Shown: positions 37,697 to 50,962, counted from the first letter of the stretch. The stretch: 64,000 nucleotides of DNA from Octopus vulgaris (GCA_951406725.2 OX597814.1:224440001-224504000), one strand, 5' to 3'. A program made the numbers and translations. The notes: generated by a model not told the origin, from the letters alone.

Positions 37697-38128
37697 AAAC
37701 AGCTAGTTCTGAAATCTCTATATAAGCTCTATATAAGAGCTACAAGTTGTACCTCTTCTGAAAAGTAATGGTTGTTGCCATATCAACATGGCTGTTCCAT
37801 ACGGAACAACGTTATTACACTTTTTTAACCACAGGAGAGCCTTCCTTCAGCTGGTTGACAACACAACCGATATATTGCGAATCCCTACCATCTAATGATT
37901 TGTAGACCAGCGTAGTTTCAGGGTATTTGCCCTTCCTTGGCACGGGACACTTGTCTGCTAGAGATAGCAGTTGTTCACCCCAACTCGCAATATATAGAAG
38001 AAGCGACATTCAGCCGCCAACAAAATAGCTACTTCCAAAATCTCTATAAGAGTTGTAAGTAGTAATTCTATAAGAAAGTAATGTTTGTTGCCACATCAAC
38101 ATGGCTGTTCCGCAGGAACCAACATTAC
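37697..38128 (-). mobile_element. retrozyme-like unit with about 110-120-bp direct repeats (about 325-bp period)
   Basis: AAAA(C/T)AGCTA..AATCTCTATA..AAAGTAATG.TTGTTGCCA.ATCAACATGGCTGTTCC at about 37697-37818 and 38022-38128, with an HHR motif between them. Confidence 0.6.
37902..37943 (-). ncRNA. decayed type-I hammerhead ribozyme
   Basis: Minus: GTG-CCAAGGA-AGGG-CAAATA-CCCT-GAAA-CTA-CGC-TGG-TC-TAC. All three stems and the GUC triplet are present. The core CUGANGA is changed to CCAAGGA. Confidence 0.6.
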
Positions 38129-38136
38129 TAGTCTTT

Positions 38137-38338
38137 GGCTGTGTGGTAAGTAGTTTGCTAACCAACCACATGATTCTGGGTTCAGTGCCACTGCATAGCA
38201 CCTTGGGCAAGTGTCTTCTACTATAGCCTCAGGCCGACCACAGCCTTGTGAGTGGATTTTGTGGACGGAAACTGAAAGAAGCCCGTCGTATATACATATA
38301 TATGTATGTATTTGTGTGTCTGTGTTTGACCCCTAGCG
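38137..38338 (+). mobile_element. SINE A, 3'-truncated
   Basis: Family homology. Confidence 0.85.
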
Positions 38339-38374
38339 TGTTGGAAATAGTGATGGAATGAGAGAAAGAAGGAG

Positions 38375-38484
38375 GGAAGAAAGAAGAAGAAGAAGAAGAA
38401 GAAGAAGAAGAAGAAGAAGAAGAAGAAGAAGAAGAAGAAGAAGAAGAAGAAGAAGAAGAAGAAGAAGAAGAAGAAGAAGAAGAA
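38375..38484. repeat. (GAA)n microsatellite
   Basis: Directly visible. Confidence 0.97.
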
Positions 38485-39305
38485 ACGATAACTCTGTTCA
38501 ATAGATAACAGGCGAAGCCCCTTCCGAATAAATACAGAAGTGATTTCTCAAATACTTCCCAACAATCATAGATAATCTGAAGGCAAAGTAAGATGGTGTA
38601 AAATGTGGGTATAAAATTCATGTAGAAATGAACAGCGTTTCCGCAGAACAACAAACAACGGTTTGTATATTGAAAATGGGATTGGAAGGAATTAATTATG
38701 CTAAAATGTGAGATGATCCTCCCGTTCAGTTGTTTAATCCTTGGAATGAAATAATTTATAGAGGCGAAAATATTTACAAAGGAATGTTTGTAAATGACAT
38801 TGTTATAGAATATACTGATAACAAATATCAAGAAAACTGTGTATGATAAGGGGATTGACTGTACTATTTATATAAAGACAAAAGTGTCTTGTGTGATCCT
38901 TATTTTGTTTAGTCCTTTATTGTTTTGTTAACTGTGGAATTTATGGTGTTGAAACAATATACATTAGTAGAACATATTTCTTTCCCTAGGAATCTAGGCA
39001 ACTGCATTATAAATTTGATATTTGCCTTTAATAGAAATATAATTGTGAAAGAAATATTTGTAAATAGTCCCATTATCAAAATACCCTCTTCTCTTACTCC
39101 ATTTACCACTCCCGTTTATTTTTGATGATAAAGTCTCCGTCGGTTTCGACGATGAGCATTCAGGTGTTCGATCACCTGAACTATTTGCTCATTAAATTAA
39201 TATGTAAGTGGTCGAGTATTCTATGATGACGTGCATCTTTAACGTAATCCTGGGGCCGAAACATCGCGAGAAGATGTGTGATTAGGAAGGATAATTTAAT
39301 TAGAG

Positions 39306-40027
39306 GAGTGGTTCTCAACCATTTTTTGCTTGTGGGCCCCTTCGATTCCTAACTTTACTCGGGTGGACCCTCAATGCCATTTGTCATGTTTAAAAATCCC
39401 ATTAGATTTTTATAATTAAGTAAGATGGTGTATGTGGGTGTAAAATTCTTGTAGAAATGAACAACGTTCCCGCACCCCAAACTAGCACCATCGAGGTGCT
39501 TGGGTGAGGCATTAATCCCGGTCGGGTGACGACGGGGCGGAAGAAATTAAGAGGCTTAGTGCCTCGTATTGTGTATCAAAATTAAGGTAAGAGGTTTAAT
39601 GCCTCGGTTTGTTGTTGTTTTTTTAGTTTATTGTTTGTAAGAGGCTCAGCGCCTCAATTTATAATGAACTACGGAACTAAAGTAAGAGGTTTGATACCTC
39701 GTATTGTTTTTACTGTATAAAAAGAAAAGAATAATGTTTTAGAGAAGCAAAAGATCGGCGGGAGTCTTTTGTTTTCTCCCATCAATATCATCCTCTTCGT
39801 CACTCACCTCATCAATGTCTTTGTCCAGCCCGCAAGCTACTCCCTTGGTGGTATGCCTTTATGGCAAACTTTTGAAATAAAGTATTATTAGGAATTGTAT
39901 TAAAATTGTTTTTTTTTTCAAATATTTTTTATTTTGCAAAAGTATAACCAACTTATTCTGCATAAATTTTAACAACAATATATTATACGAACACTAAGAG
40001 CCGTATGAACTCCAGATGAGAACCACT
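39306..40027. mobile_element. hAT (Charlie-like) non-autonomous element carrying an insert (about 39423-39879)
   Basis: Termini AGTGGTTCTCAACC and GATGAGAACCACT match the CAGTGGTTCTCAA-type hAT TIR. Confidence 0.65.
39548..39705. repeat. array of four hairpin repeats TAAGAGGY-N5-RCCTC with unrelated spacers
   Basis: Copies start at about 39548, 39588, 39638 and 39683. Confidence 0.85.
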
Positions 40028-40704
40028 ACATTGGTGATATAATCCATAGCTTCTACTTAGTTTCTGTAGTCCAGTTTTTACTCACAAAGGTTGGGCCGAT
40101 TCGAATTTATGGAAAAAATATACTTGGGCAAGTATTACCTCCAGTTGTAACTCAGAGATCCTTTAAGAAGTAAAAGTAGTTTTCAATAGGCTATAATCCG
40201 ACAAAACAAAACTTTTATTTAAAGACGTAACTATTTCTTTTTTCCTTTTGTTTTGGTGAAATTTAGATTCTTCTGTACTTAATTTCATTCTTTTAATTCT
40301 TCAGTGACATGACTTAACTTGTTAACTGAAGAGAAAGTAGCTCAATATACTCAAAACCAAATCAAGTTTATTATTATTAAGTTATTAAAGGATGTAGACT
40401 TCTTGCAATATGTCTGATGCTATGGTGCCCACAACATAACCAAAGCTTTAAATTTAGTTTAATATTAGCTTAAGATTTATACGTTTGTATTTGGTTTGTG
40501 ATAAAAGGTTTGCAATGAGATTTGTTGTCTAATATGTTCAGAGTCTTACACTGGAATACTACTCTCAAATCGCAGCATCAGATAAGATTCTCAGTTCAAC
40601 GTCATCTGTTTTATAGAAAACATTGTAAGGGATAGATTAAAGAAGAAAATATAGCCACATTCAAGCTTCTAAATAAACTAGCTGGGTGTGTGTATGCGTG
40701 TGTG

Positions 40705-40747
<43 letters not shown>

Positions 40748-42599
40748 TGTGTGTTGTATGTGTGTTTGTGCGCGCGCTAATACGTGCTAGCTACTTATAC
40801 GTATCCTTCTCTGAAACACACTCAAAGTAGAGGCAAAGCGGAAATTCAACTTCGAACAAATCCACATTTATCTAATGTATTTCACTTGGTAAAAAAAAAC
40901 TGAAAGTTTCGGTGCAACATTTTAATCAGTAATCATATTGAGCAAAAGTGAATGTTTCCACGTTTCTCAAAAAATAAAAAAAAAGCAACGGAGATTACTA
41001 TTGCAATATAGTTTACATACCTAATTGGTTCTAAGAGAGGAAAGAATGACAAAAAAATGTTTGCTTGCATTTCATATATAACACATAATGATTTTTATAT
41101 CATTAAACATGTAGTAATTCCATCATTACAATAGGTGACATTTCAAAAATAGTACAAGGAAGTTGTTTCAATGCTTCGTATGATCACGGTTTCCTGTTTT
41201 TATTTACTTCGTTGTTGCTATTAGACACTCTTTTTTCTAAGAGATAATCTCTCGTTCATTCAATCAACGATTTGCTTTTATACTCACGTTTCAGTTAATC
41301 CCCCTTGCTTTACATAGCTTCTTTTTCGTCCTGTAATCGCAACCGATCCTCCTCTATAAAACCGATTCTTTTGCATGTGTACATAGATAAATTAGTGCCG
41401 AACAACATGAAACATTTTCTGTTCACGATTTACAATAAAAGAAAATCCTGTGCCTCGCTGGTATAAGTTCATATAACTACAACTTAAACATTTATTCCTT
41501 CAATAGATTGGTTTCTATTAAATTCTTTATTTCTTTCTCCAAATACCAATATTGGTTTCAAATTTGGCACAAGGCCAGTAATTTCGAGGGAGAGGCACTT
41601 ATTTTATCGATCCCAATAAGATAAAAAGCAAAGCCGACTCCGGCAGCATTTGAACTCAGAACGCATTTTTCCCGACGTACTAACAATTTTACCAGCTCGC
41701 CTTCTTATCTCCAAATACCAATATTGAACAATAATTGTATGAATTGTGATAACGGCAGAGACGACAACGACGATAGTGCAGATAATCACGAATGTGGTTT
41801 CTTACAGTTCTTCAGGGTACAGTGTAGACAATGAATTACTGATACTTGCATTACCGATCTCAGAAAAATAAAAGTCCAAGTCAAACTTAGAATATACAGG
41901 CTGGAAATAAAATACTTTAAAGTATTTAGTTTGACATTCTATTATCCATTCTGGCCCACTGATGATGAGGTTCTTTATCATCTAGAATCCACACATCACA
42001 AATGGAATTTAATCCAGTCAATGAATCGTTTGAATAAGTAACAGCTATAATTTTTCATCATTAGCATTGGCGATTCTTTACTGTCATTCTTGTTGTTGGT
42101 GGTGGTTGTAGTTGTTGTTGTTGTTGTTAAGCAACAAGACGGCTAAGGGTGATTAGGTGATGGTCTAGGGCTTAGGGGCGGGAGACCCCAGACCTTGGGA
42201 AAAAACTTTGGTCGTCTCCAGGTCCAAATTCTTGAACGGCTGTTGTTGTTAGTGGTAGTGGTGGTGCTGATGCTGGTGGTGGTTGTGTTTTGTACAAAAA
42301 GACCAGAAATAGAATTCAATGCAATGTGTCATGTTCGATTCTTGATAAAAAAAAAAGAATGTGAGCATGTTACATATTATCGTCAAACCTCAGATTACAG
42401 TCGGAAGCAATAACACAAATTTGAATAAATGATAAGATAGTACAACAATGGAAGACATTGACGTGTGAAAGCAGAACAAGAAGAGAGATAAATAAACAAA
42501 TAAATTATTAGGTACAATGTCACAGAAGTGAAGACAGGATGCAACTGATTAAATCGACCCTATCGATACCCGAAGAAGCAAAGGCGGCACAAAATATTC

Positions 42600-43010
42600 G
42601 TTTCAAATTTTGGTGCAACGCCAGCAGGTTTGGGGAAATGGATAATTCGTTACATAAACATCAGCGTTCAACTGGTACTTATTCCATCGATCCTGAAAGG
42701 ATGAAAGGCATAGTCGACCTCGGTGGAATTTGAACTCAGAAGTCGGAAGAAATGCCACTAAGCCTTTTTCTCCGGCGCGGTAAGTCTCTGCCAGCTCGCT
42801 GCCTAAGGCAGTACAATATATTGGTTTTAATTTTTGGTACAAAGCCAGCAATTTCAGGGGAGTGGGTAAGTCGATTAGATCGAGCCCAGTGCTTAATTGA
42901 TACTTATTTTATCAACCCCGAAATGATGAAAGGCAAAGTCGGCCTCGACGGCATTTGAATGGATGAAATACGGCTTAGCATTTTCTCAAGTACCGTAACG
43001 ACTCTACTTA
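42600..43010 (-). mobile_element. two old SINE B (tail 2) copies
   Basis: GAAAGGATGAAAGGCA..GTCGACCTCGG..TTTGAACTCAGAA motifs. Other old minus-strand B copies lie at about 770-952, 32805-32945, 41552-41703, 53340-53480 and 62070-62455, and a plus copy at about 59415-59540. Confidence 0.8.
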
Positions 43011-43515
43011 AGGCGGTTACAATATATTTAAGGCAGATAAGGTAATGAAATACACAAGTTATTTTGAGTGCAAACCCCTCGATTCTGCCAATTAACCATA
43101 TTAAGAGAAAGTAATATTAACAATTCCATAATAGATACATAAGCGTTGAATTGGCCGACTCGTTAGAATTTAGAGCAAAACGCTTTGATATATTATTCTG
43201 GATCTCTGCACACTTAGTTCACTTTCTGGCGATAAAATAAAGTATAAATGCAGGCGTAAGGAGCAGCAGAATTCTATGCGAGTCGGATGAGAGGTTCTTC
43301 GGTATTTGTTCCGGTTCGTTTTGTACTGATTTCTAAGGTGGTTGAAAACTACCGAGTACTTGAGTATATTTCTGCAAATTTCTGGTACAGAAACAATTGT
43401 AACTGATTAGAAACTTATGTTCTATTTATTCTCTGTCTTCTTACTTTTATTATTGTAAGACACACGCATTTGAAATTCCTCGATTTTCTACCCTAACAGG
43501 ACCTACACTACTTTC

Positions 43516-43559
<44 letters not shown>

Positions 43560-43973
43560 ACACATACACACTCACACACACACACACAGACACACATACA
43601 CACGTGTATGTATGTATGTATGTATGCAGATGCGCGTGTGTAGAAACTAGTAACTACTTCTAGAGGAAGAAATTCCTTCTAAAGGTCGCGTTGGAATTAT
43701 CCCTGTTAAAGTCTGAACTCAGAACTTTTGCACATAACCTCACTCCACCCAGTAAACAAGCCGTGTTGCCATCAGCAACTGCCGGTCTCTTTCTCAATCT
43801 GCTCCTTTTTAATACGTGTGTGTCAGTGTTTGTGTATGCATATATATGTGTGTGTGCATATGTGCATACGTGTATGTGTATATATATGTGTGTGTGTGTA
43901 CACACACATGTATACATGCATGTATATGTGTGTATATATGTTCATGTATGTGTATACGCACCTACATACATAC

Positions 43974-44060
<87 letters not shown>

Positions 44061-46491
44061 CACACATATTTTTTATACATACACATGAATGTGTGTGCGT
44101 ATGCGAGTATATAAGATGAAGAGAAATTTTTTTACTATAGAACGTATGGTACTGTATTAACGAAACTGTATTCACTGTAGAATGACCAGTGTTTGGAATA
44201 CGTAAGAGAAAGAAGAAAGACGAAGGTGAGATAGAGGAAACGATAACAGGGAAGGACACCAGACTGAGAAACGGACATAGATTTCAGTCGAACGGGAGAG
44301 ATATTGACATAGAGTAAGGAACGGAATACTAGAGAGAGTAAACGGTGAGAGGCAGAGAATGTGTGTTGGGTAAAGAGAACTTTGTTTTAATTAGCGTCAG
44401 TTATGAAACATGTTATCCAGATTTCTTTAGGATCGAGATTTAGATAACCCAGCAGTCTTGTTTTGATTGGGAAATTATCATTTAATTATTGTCCTTCTAG
44501 AATAAGCTGTAGAATGCATTAGACCATAATGAATTCGGCAATAATATTTATTTGTAACTCGGTTATGTTTTTGTTGTTTAACCCCTTGTCAACCTTGATT
44601 TAGCAAACCAATGATCAAAGACACTCCAGTCGTGATCATATCGAAGATTTGAAGGGTATGAAAGGCTACAATCATCCAAATTACCATTTACCCTTTCAGT
44701 ATTTAACACACTGTGATGTGATTAAAGGGGATTTTGTCTGCTACTTCTAGAGGGTCAAACGAATTCATAGAGATAAAATTCTTTTACTGGATCGTAAAGG
44801 CTCGTAAGGCCGACGGTTTGGCGAAGTCAGTCGGCTCAACATGAGACATTTGATGTTGTTTTGTCCCCGCTCTTTATATACTGAGTTCAAATCCTACTAT
44901 TAATGTTCATCCCATCGGAGTTGATCAAAAGAATTTCACCACAATACTGTCAATTATACTAATTATCATATTCAAAAATTAATTTACCGTCAACTTACTC
45001 ATTCCTACATTTAGCATTATATTTAAAACAATAACGAAGCAAGAAAAAAACTTAACTATTCATCATTTGTAATAAATGTTGTGCAAAGAAATAATCTCCA
45101 AGTGACTGGTAATGGCACCCCAGTTTCTTTTCCTGTTTGCTCAGCAAAGAGCTTTGAATTAAACGCTTGTATCAACTTGATCCCGCGTCGCAGTAACATG
45201 TAGCTTTTCTGTTTTATTATATTTTTCTGCATCAAGTTCATACCGACGACGACCATTCAACTGACCAACAATTTTTATGAGCAATCTCGATTCAAGTTCA
45301 TTATTCTTGTACTTCTTTAAGGAAATTTGACGTTCATTCTTTTCCCACGGATCGCAGTCATTTTCTATCCCTGCTCCTGAAAATATATTGAATTTGAGTT
45401 AAGAAGGAAGAACATATCAAAAGTTATTTATCGGTGAGTTTATAAGACACTGATTGCCTACTGTTGGGAGCTGGTTTGTAGTGCATTTTTCTTTTACAAA
45501 TTTTGCTAATTATGATTGCGAATGCTTAGGATCTTTGCCATATATTCAAACCTGTATCAGGAAATGAATTTTTTGACCGCCAGGTTAATAATAATTTAAC
45601 GATTGAGCTTGGATCATAGCTGATCTTTGAAATGATTTATTTCTGACGAAGACCACTACTTTCAGAGAAAAGAATGGACCTGTATACACATATACCCCAA
45701 CTTCTACAGCTCCTTCGTATTTTTCCCAACCACACAACCGATTTCTTGTGCACGACGCGGTCGATTTCCTGTTCACTATGCAGTATTTTCCAACTAATTG
45801 TTGTCGCTAGAATACCAACATCAAACCGCGATATCGCGTGACCTTTCTCTACTAATCGAAGGCTAACGTCCAGTAGTAAATATTGACTTTCTATAATCGA
45901 GCTATTATTCAGACCAAAATGGCCGAAGACTAGGCACACGCTTGAAACCCAGAATACCAAGGAGTCTGAATCAAACTGTTTTGATTTATACATGTAACTC
46001 TCAATAAATGTGTTAAGTGCCCTTCATTCGTTTGTCAACTTACGTGTGTGTGTGTGGGTCTGTGTGTGTGTGTGTGTGTGGGTGTGGGTGTGTGTGTGGG
46101 TGTATGTGTGGTGGGGGGTCAAGTATATACGTCAATCTCTCGTGACATACTTTCCTAGGATGAAAAAATGTCTTAAAGAAAAGGTAGTGTGATATGAAAT
46201 ATATAGCACCAGCCTTAACCCTCGAATTTCTGTGTGTATATGTGGTCATGTGTGTATATATGTATGCATTGACATACACATACATACATACATACATAAT
46301 ACGTACATACATACATACATACATACATACATACATACATACATACTTAAATACATACATACATACATACATACATACATACATACATACATACATACAT
46401 ACATACAGACATACATATATATCATGGCTCTATAAACATTTCAAGTGTAATTATCCATACAAATTCTCTGTGTGTGTACATTCCCCGCCGC

Positions 46492-46562
<71 letters not shown>

Positions 46563-47523
46563 ACACACGAATACACACATTATCAATATACGATCGTTTT
46601 CCGGCACATTTCATTGGGAAAGATTAGTTGATGCGAAAATTATTTTCAATGGTAGGTTGTTAGTAGTCGCTCTTCACTCTTGTCTAAATAAGGGATATTT
46701 CAGATATCATAACAATAGCGACTAACGGACACTCGTGTCATAGTAAAAAAAAAGGGGGTCAGACGATATGTTTATCGTTGCGATTGGTAGCTCTCAAAGC
46801 AATTCATTCACGCTGTAATAGTTATTTATCTAAAACTACCTGTTGTGATACAAAACAAGGCTCACAGAAGCATGTAATGCAGTAAATAAGCAGCGGGCTT
46901 TCAAAGTATTTGCTTTATACAAATTGGTTTATTATTTTTCGTTTTGTGTCTCAAAACGTATTTCGTTTAATTAGAATGTTTATCATGTTTATCTTTAGCT
47001 GAAAATCTGTCCGTTTATACATATATACATACATACCTACATACACGCATGCATAATATAATTATTGGGACCCTGGGATATGTAACACACTGCCTAAAAT
47101 CCAATCTTGAGAAATTAGGCTTTTCAAGACTAGAATGGAGAAAGCTGATTCGAAGGCTAAAGATCCAATCCATTACCAGAACTGTAAAAGTCTGTAAAAC
47201 TTTCCAGAAGTTTGTCATTTGAATATATATGAGGATGTCTAGATATGCAACTATAGGCATGAGAATAGATACATAAAACAAAACATACAAATCTGCATAC
47301 ATACATACATACATACATAATATACATAATATACATACGTACCCTGTTGTTGATGTTGTGATTCCAATGAAGGTGACTTGGATCTTGGTTAGAAACCGAC
47401 TCTTTCTCTGTTGGCAAGAAATCTGGAAATAAAACTGAACAATGACATACATACATACATATGTATGTATATATGTATGTATGCATGTATGTATGTATGT
47501 GTGTGTGTATGTATGTATGTATG

Positions 47524-47588
<65 letters not shown>

Positions 47589-47790
47589 GTATATACCGTA
47601 TATTTTCGCGTAAAAGTCGACCTTTCAATTCTAAAATTTACCCTAAAAATTCGGGGTTGTCTTATACCACTATTCTAAAAATCAAACTTTGAATTTTAAG
47701 AGATTTTCTAAGTTGGCTAACCTCGACCTCGGTGCGATAACCATAGACATACGTGAACATATTAACAAAATAAAAAAAAATGTATAATAT

Positions 47791-48212
47791 AGGCGCAGGA
47801 GTGGCTGTGTGGTAAGTAGCTTGCTAACCAACCACATGGTTCCGGGTTCAGTCCCACTGCGTGACATCTTGGGCAAGTGTCTTCTGCTATAGCCCCGGGC
47901 CGACCAATGCCTTGTGAGTGGATTTGGTAGACGGAAACTGAAAGAAGCCTGTCGTATATATGTATATATATATATATAAGTGTGTGTGTATATGTTTGTG
48001 TGTCTGTGTTTGTTCCCCTAGCATTGCTTGACAACCGATGCTGGTGTGTTTACGTCCCCGTCACTTAGCGGTTCGGCAAAAGAGACCGATAGAATAAGTA
48101 CTGGACTTACAAAGAATAAGTCCCGGGGTTGATTTGCTCGACTAAAGGCGGTGCTCCAGCATGGCCGCAGTCAAATGACTGAAACAAGTAAAAGAGAGAG
48201 TAAAAGAGAGAG
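47791..48212 (+). mobile_element. SINE A full length, young
   Basis: Closely matches the other full-length copies. Confidence 0.93.
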
Positions 48213-48699
48213 TATAGGTAATAAAAACTTTTTTACTTTATATATTATTGGCACATCTTCATAATAAATAGCCTATTCGAGAGATAATTCTATTGATGTA
48301 TCATTGAAATCAACTTTAATCTATGCGAACTCGGCTGAGGAAATGTAAAAATCGAGTCATGGTTGCGCTCACAGTAATCTTTATCTTTCGCTAACCTTTC
48401 AAAAATGTTAATGGTGATGCGTAACTGCAGTAATAACATTTTTCTACAAAATTATTTTACAATAGTTGCATTTAAAACATAAGACATTATAATTGTATTT
48501 TTTTAAAAATTTCCTATCAAAATAAATAGTATTAATAAAACATCAAACCTGCCACATGTATTTATCTAAAATCTATCAAATTCCTCACAGTCATCACTAT
48601 CTGTTTCTAAACGTTTCTCATGCATATCACAAGATTCATCACATATGCCATCATCGCAAGGATTCCAGTCCGGTTCTGGTGAATCGACTTCGACTTCGT

Positions 48700-49750
48700 C
48701 GTCGCTATATACAGAATATCATCTTCAGTACCATCCATGGCATTAGAGATAATGCATTTTTAAAATGAATTTATCACATTTTCTACTTTAAATTTGTCCC
48801 ATGCATTCAAAACAAAATTACAGAGAACATCAAGTGAGGCAGCAGGCATAGCTCCACGTGTTATAAAAGATTTTTCTCCATTCAACATCCAGTCATTCCA
48901 TTGCTCTCTCTCACATTATCATTAAATGGTTTGTTTAAACTGACTTCAAGTGGCTGCAGTATAGAAGTCAAACCACCAGCAATATCAGTATTGGTTTTGG
49001 ATAACCGGGTTTTAGTATCTGACGCTACGTGGCTACGAAACATATCCCAAACCAATAAACTGCGTTCGTTTCGTATGCCACCTGGCCACATCTTCCAAAT
49101 ATTCTCAATCCATAATTTCACACCACTCTCGTCCATCTACCATTTCTCGTGAAAATTAACAAAAACGCCAGGAGGAGGAAAATCTGTTTTGGGCTTTGTT
49201 TTACGTTTACAAATAATCATGGGTTTTAATATTTTACCGTCAGCCATGCAGAATAATACCACTGTAAACCTCGTTATCTCATATCCTGTGCTTTGAACGT
49301 GCGCTGTTTTTACTCCTTTCAAATCTACCGTTTTGTTACCCAGCATGTCAAAGTTTAATGGAGTGTCATCGATATTCTCAGTACGAGAATATGGAAACTG
49401 ATGCCTTTTTCTCAGCTGGATTTTGAACTGGTGAAAGCTGGTTACTTTGTGATCGAGATCTCTGGGGAGTATTTAGGGGATTTTCGTTTTCTCCCATATT
49501 ACCAGATTTTTTCCTCTTTGTAAAACGATTGTACCAGCCTACTGTTGCTTTAAAATCTTTGCTTTCCTCTTTATATGATTTAGCCCATTTTAGGGTATAA
49601 GATCTTAATTTATTTCTTGTTACAATGGATCCATCTTGTCTCTGCTGGAGCACCCATTCTGCAACATCATTTTCCAATTTCGGCCAACGAATGCTTCCTC
49701 TTCTCATTACAAGTTTTTGTTTGGACATTTGTCTTAATTTTTCGTCATTC
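48700..49750 (-). pseudogene. pogo transposase (CENP-B-type HTH + DDE_1), frameshifted
   Basis: RWPKLENDVAEWVLQQRQDG..FKATVGWYNRF; NIDDTPLNFDM; STGYE..RFTVVLFCMADG..LKPMII; SLLVWDMFRSH; GGLTSILQPLEVSLNKPF. Confidence 0.92.
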
Positions 49751-50091
49751 TTTCTCCAAATTGCGAGGAAAACAAAAACATGAAGTAAAACAGAGTGAGA
49801 TAGGAACGGAAAGTCTATAAGATTATGGAAAGAACTACAAGTAAAAGAAAGCACAGGAACATTGTAAATTATTGTAAACAAAAAGAAAAACTAATGAATT
49901 ATTGATGAACAAACAAGTATTTAAAATGTTATTTTTGTTGAAAAAAAGACACATATGAACGTTCATTTTAAAGGCAGGAAGCGAGAGGAAAGGTCACGGT
50001 TTCGCATTGCAGCGAAACTAGATGTGGTTTTAAGGTTAATTGTAAAGTGTATTTGTAAAGTTAATTGTAAAGTTTAATCATGAAGTGTGTT

Positions 50092-50147
<56 letters not shown>

Positions 50148-50153
50148 ATATTA

Positions 50154-50962
50154 CGTGGAAAAGTGTGAGCAAGTGAAATAATATTCTTAAGATCATAAAT
50201 CTAGAAAATTACAGGAAAAGTTATTACACTTGGAAAAGTTTGGGACAACTTATTACATCTGTTAAAGTACAGAACAAGAAAGATTTTACTTTAAATATTT
50301 GCAGCTAAGGATAAAATTTCAAATAAAATATTCAGATTTAGAAAATATTAGCTTTTATTAAAACTAAAAAAATTATTACAAATTATTTTTTGCACTTTAA
50401 AATAAATTTATTTTTTTATTATTAATTAATAATTAGAAATTAGAAAATAGGTTGCAAAAATAATTAGTAAGTACAATAAAGAGAATAATACAAAAATTAA
50501 TTATACATTACAGTAAAACCTACATATAACAACAAATTCACGGTAAACTTTGCTCGAGTTATTGCCTAAATTATTGCCAAGTCTTCAGATTTTAAATCTT
50601 GACCCAATGCCTATATTTACATAATAACTTTGCCTACCATATATGCTATACTACTTTGCATAAAACTTTAGCTATATTGGTACTTCTGGCTCTCATTTTT
50701 TAAGTATTCTAGTGTGTCTATATCTTAACAAAATGATGGTATCTTTTTTAATTGTAATGTTACTTTGTAAATTAAAATAAAATAATTTTTTATATTCAAA
50801 GTTTATCCTTAGCTGCAATATTTTAAGTAAACATTTTCTTGTTCTATACTTTACCAGGTGTAATGAGTTGTCCCGAACTTTTTCAAGTCTAATAACTTGT
50901 CCTGTAATTTTCCAGATATATACTCTTAAGAATATTATTTCTCTTGATCGTATTTTTCTATG
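50154..50962. mobile_element. MITE with about 180-bp imperfect TIRs, TA-flanked (Tc1/mariner-type)
   Basis: 50154-50330 is the reverse complement of about 50790-50962 (for example AAATAATATTCTTAAGA/TCTTAAGAATATTATTT and TTGCAGCTAAGGATAAA/TTTATCCTTAGCTGCAA). TA on both sides. Confidence 0.8.

Larger units (their letters stand above)
47596..49760 (-). mobile_element. pogo/Tigger-family DNA transposon remnant (interrupted by SINE A at 47791-48212)
   Basis: TA|CCGTATATTTTCGCGTAAAAG terminus plus transposase fragments. The second terminus was not located. Confidence 0.8.

Noticed and set aside
39548-39705. CRISPR array
   Set aside because: Eukaryotic context, 18-bp degenerate repeats, only four units and no cas genes. 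Kept as a hairpin array.
45560-45900. Very decayed Tc1/mariner-like transposase on the minus strand (TTISWKILH, KSVVWLG, GPFF)
   Set aside because: Motif matches are too short and spread across frames to support a call.
50036-50096. 12-13-bp minisatellite (TTAATTGTAAAGT-like) and a duplication of about 170-bp period at 51205-51430
   Set aside because: Ordinary short AT-rich tandem duplications with no further structure.
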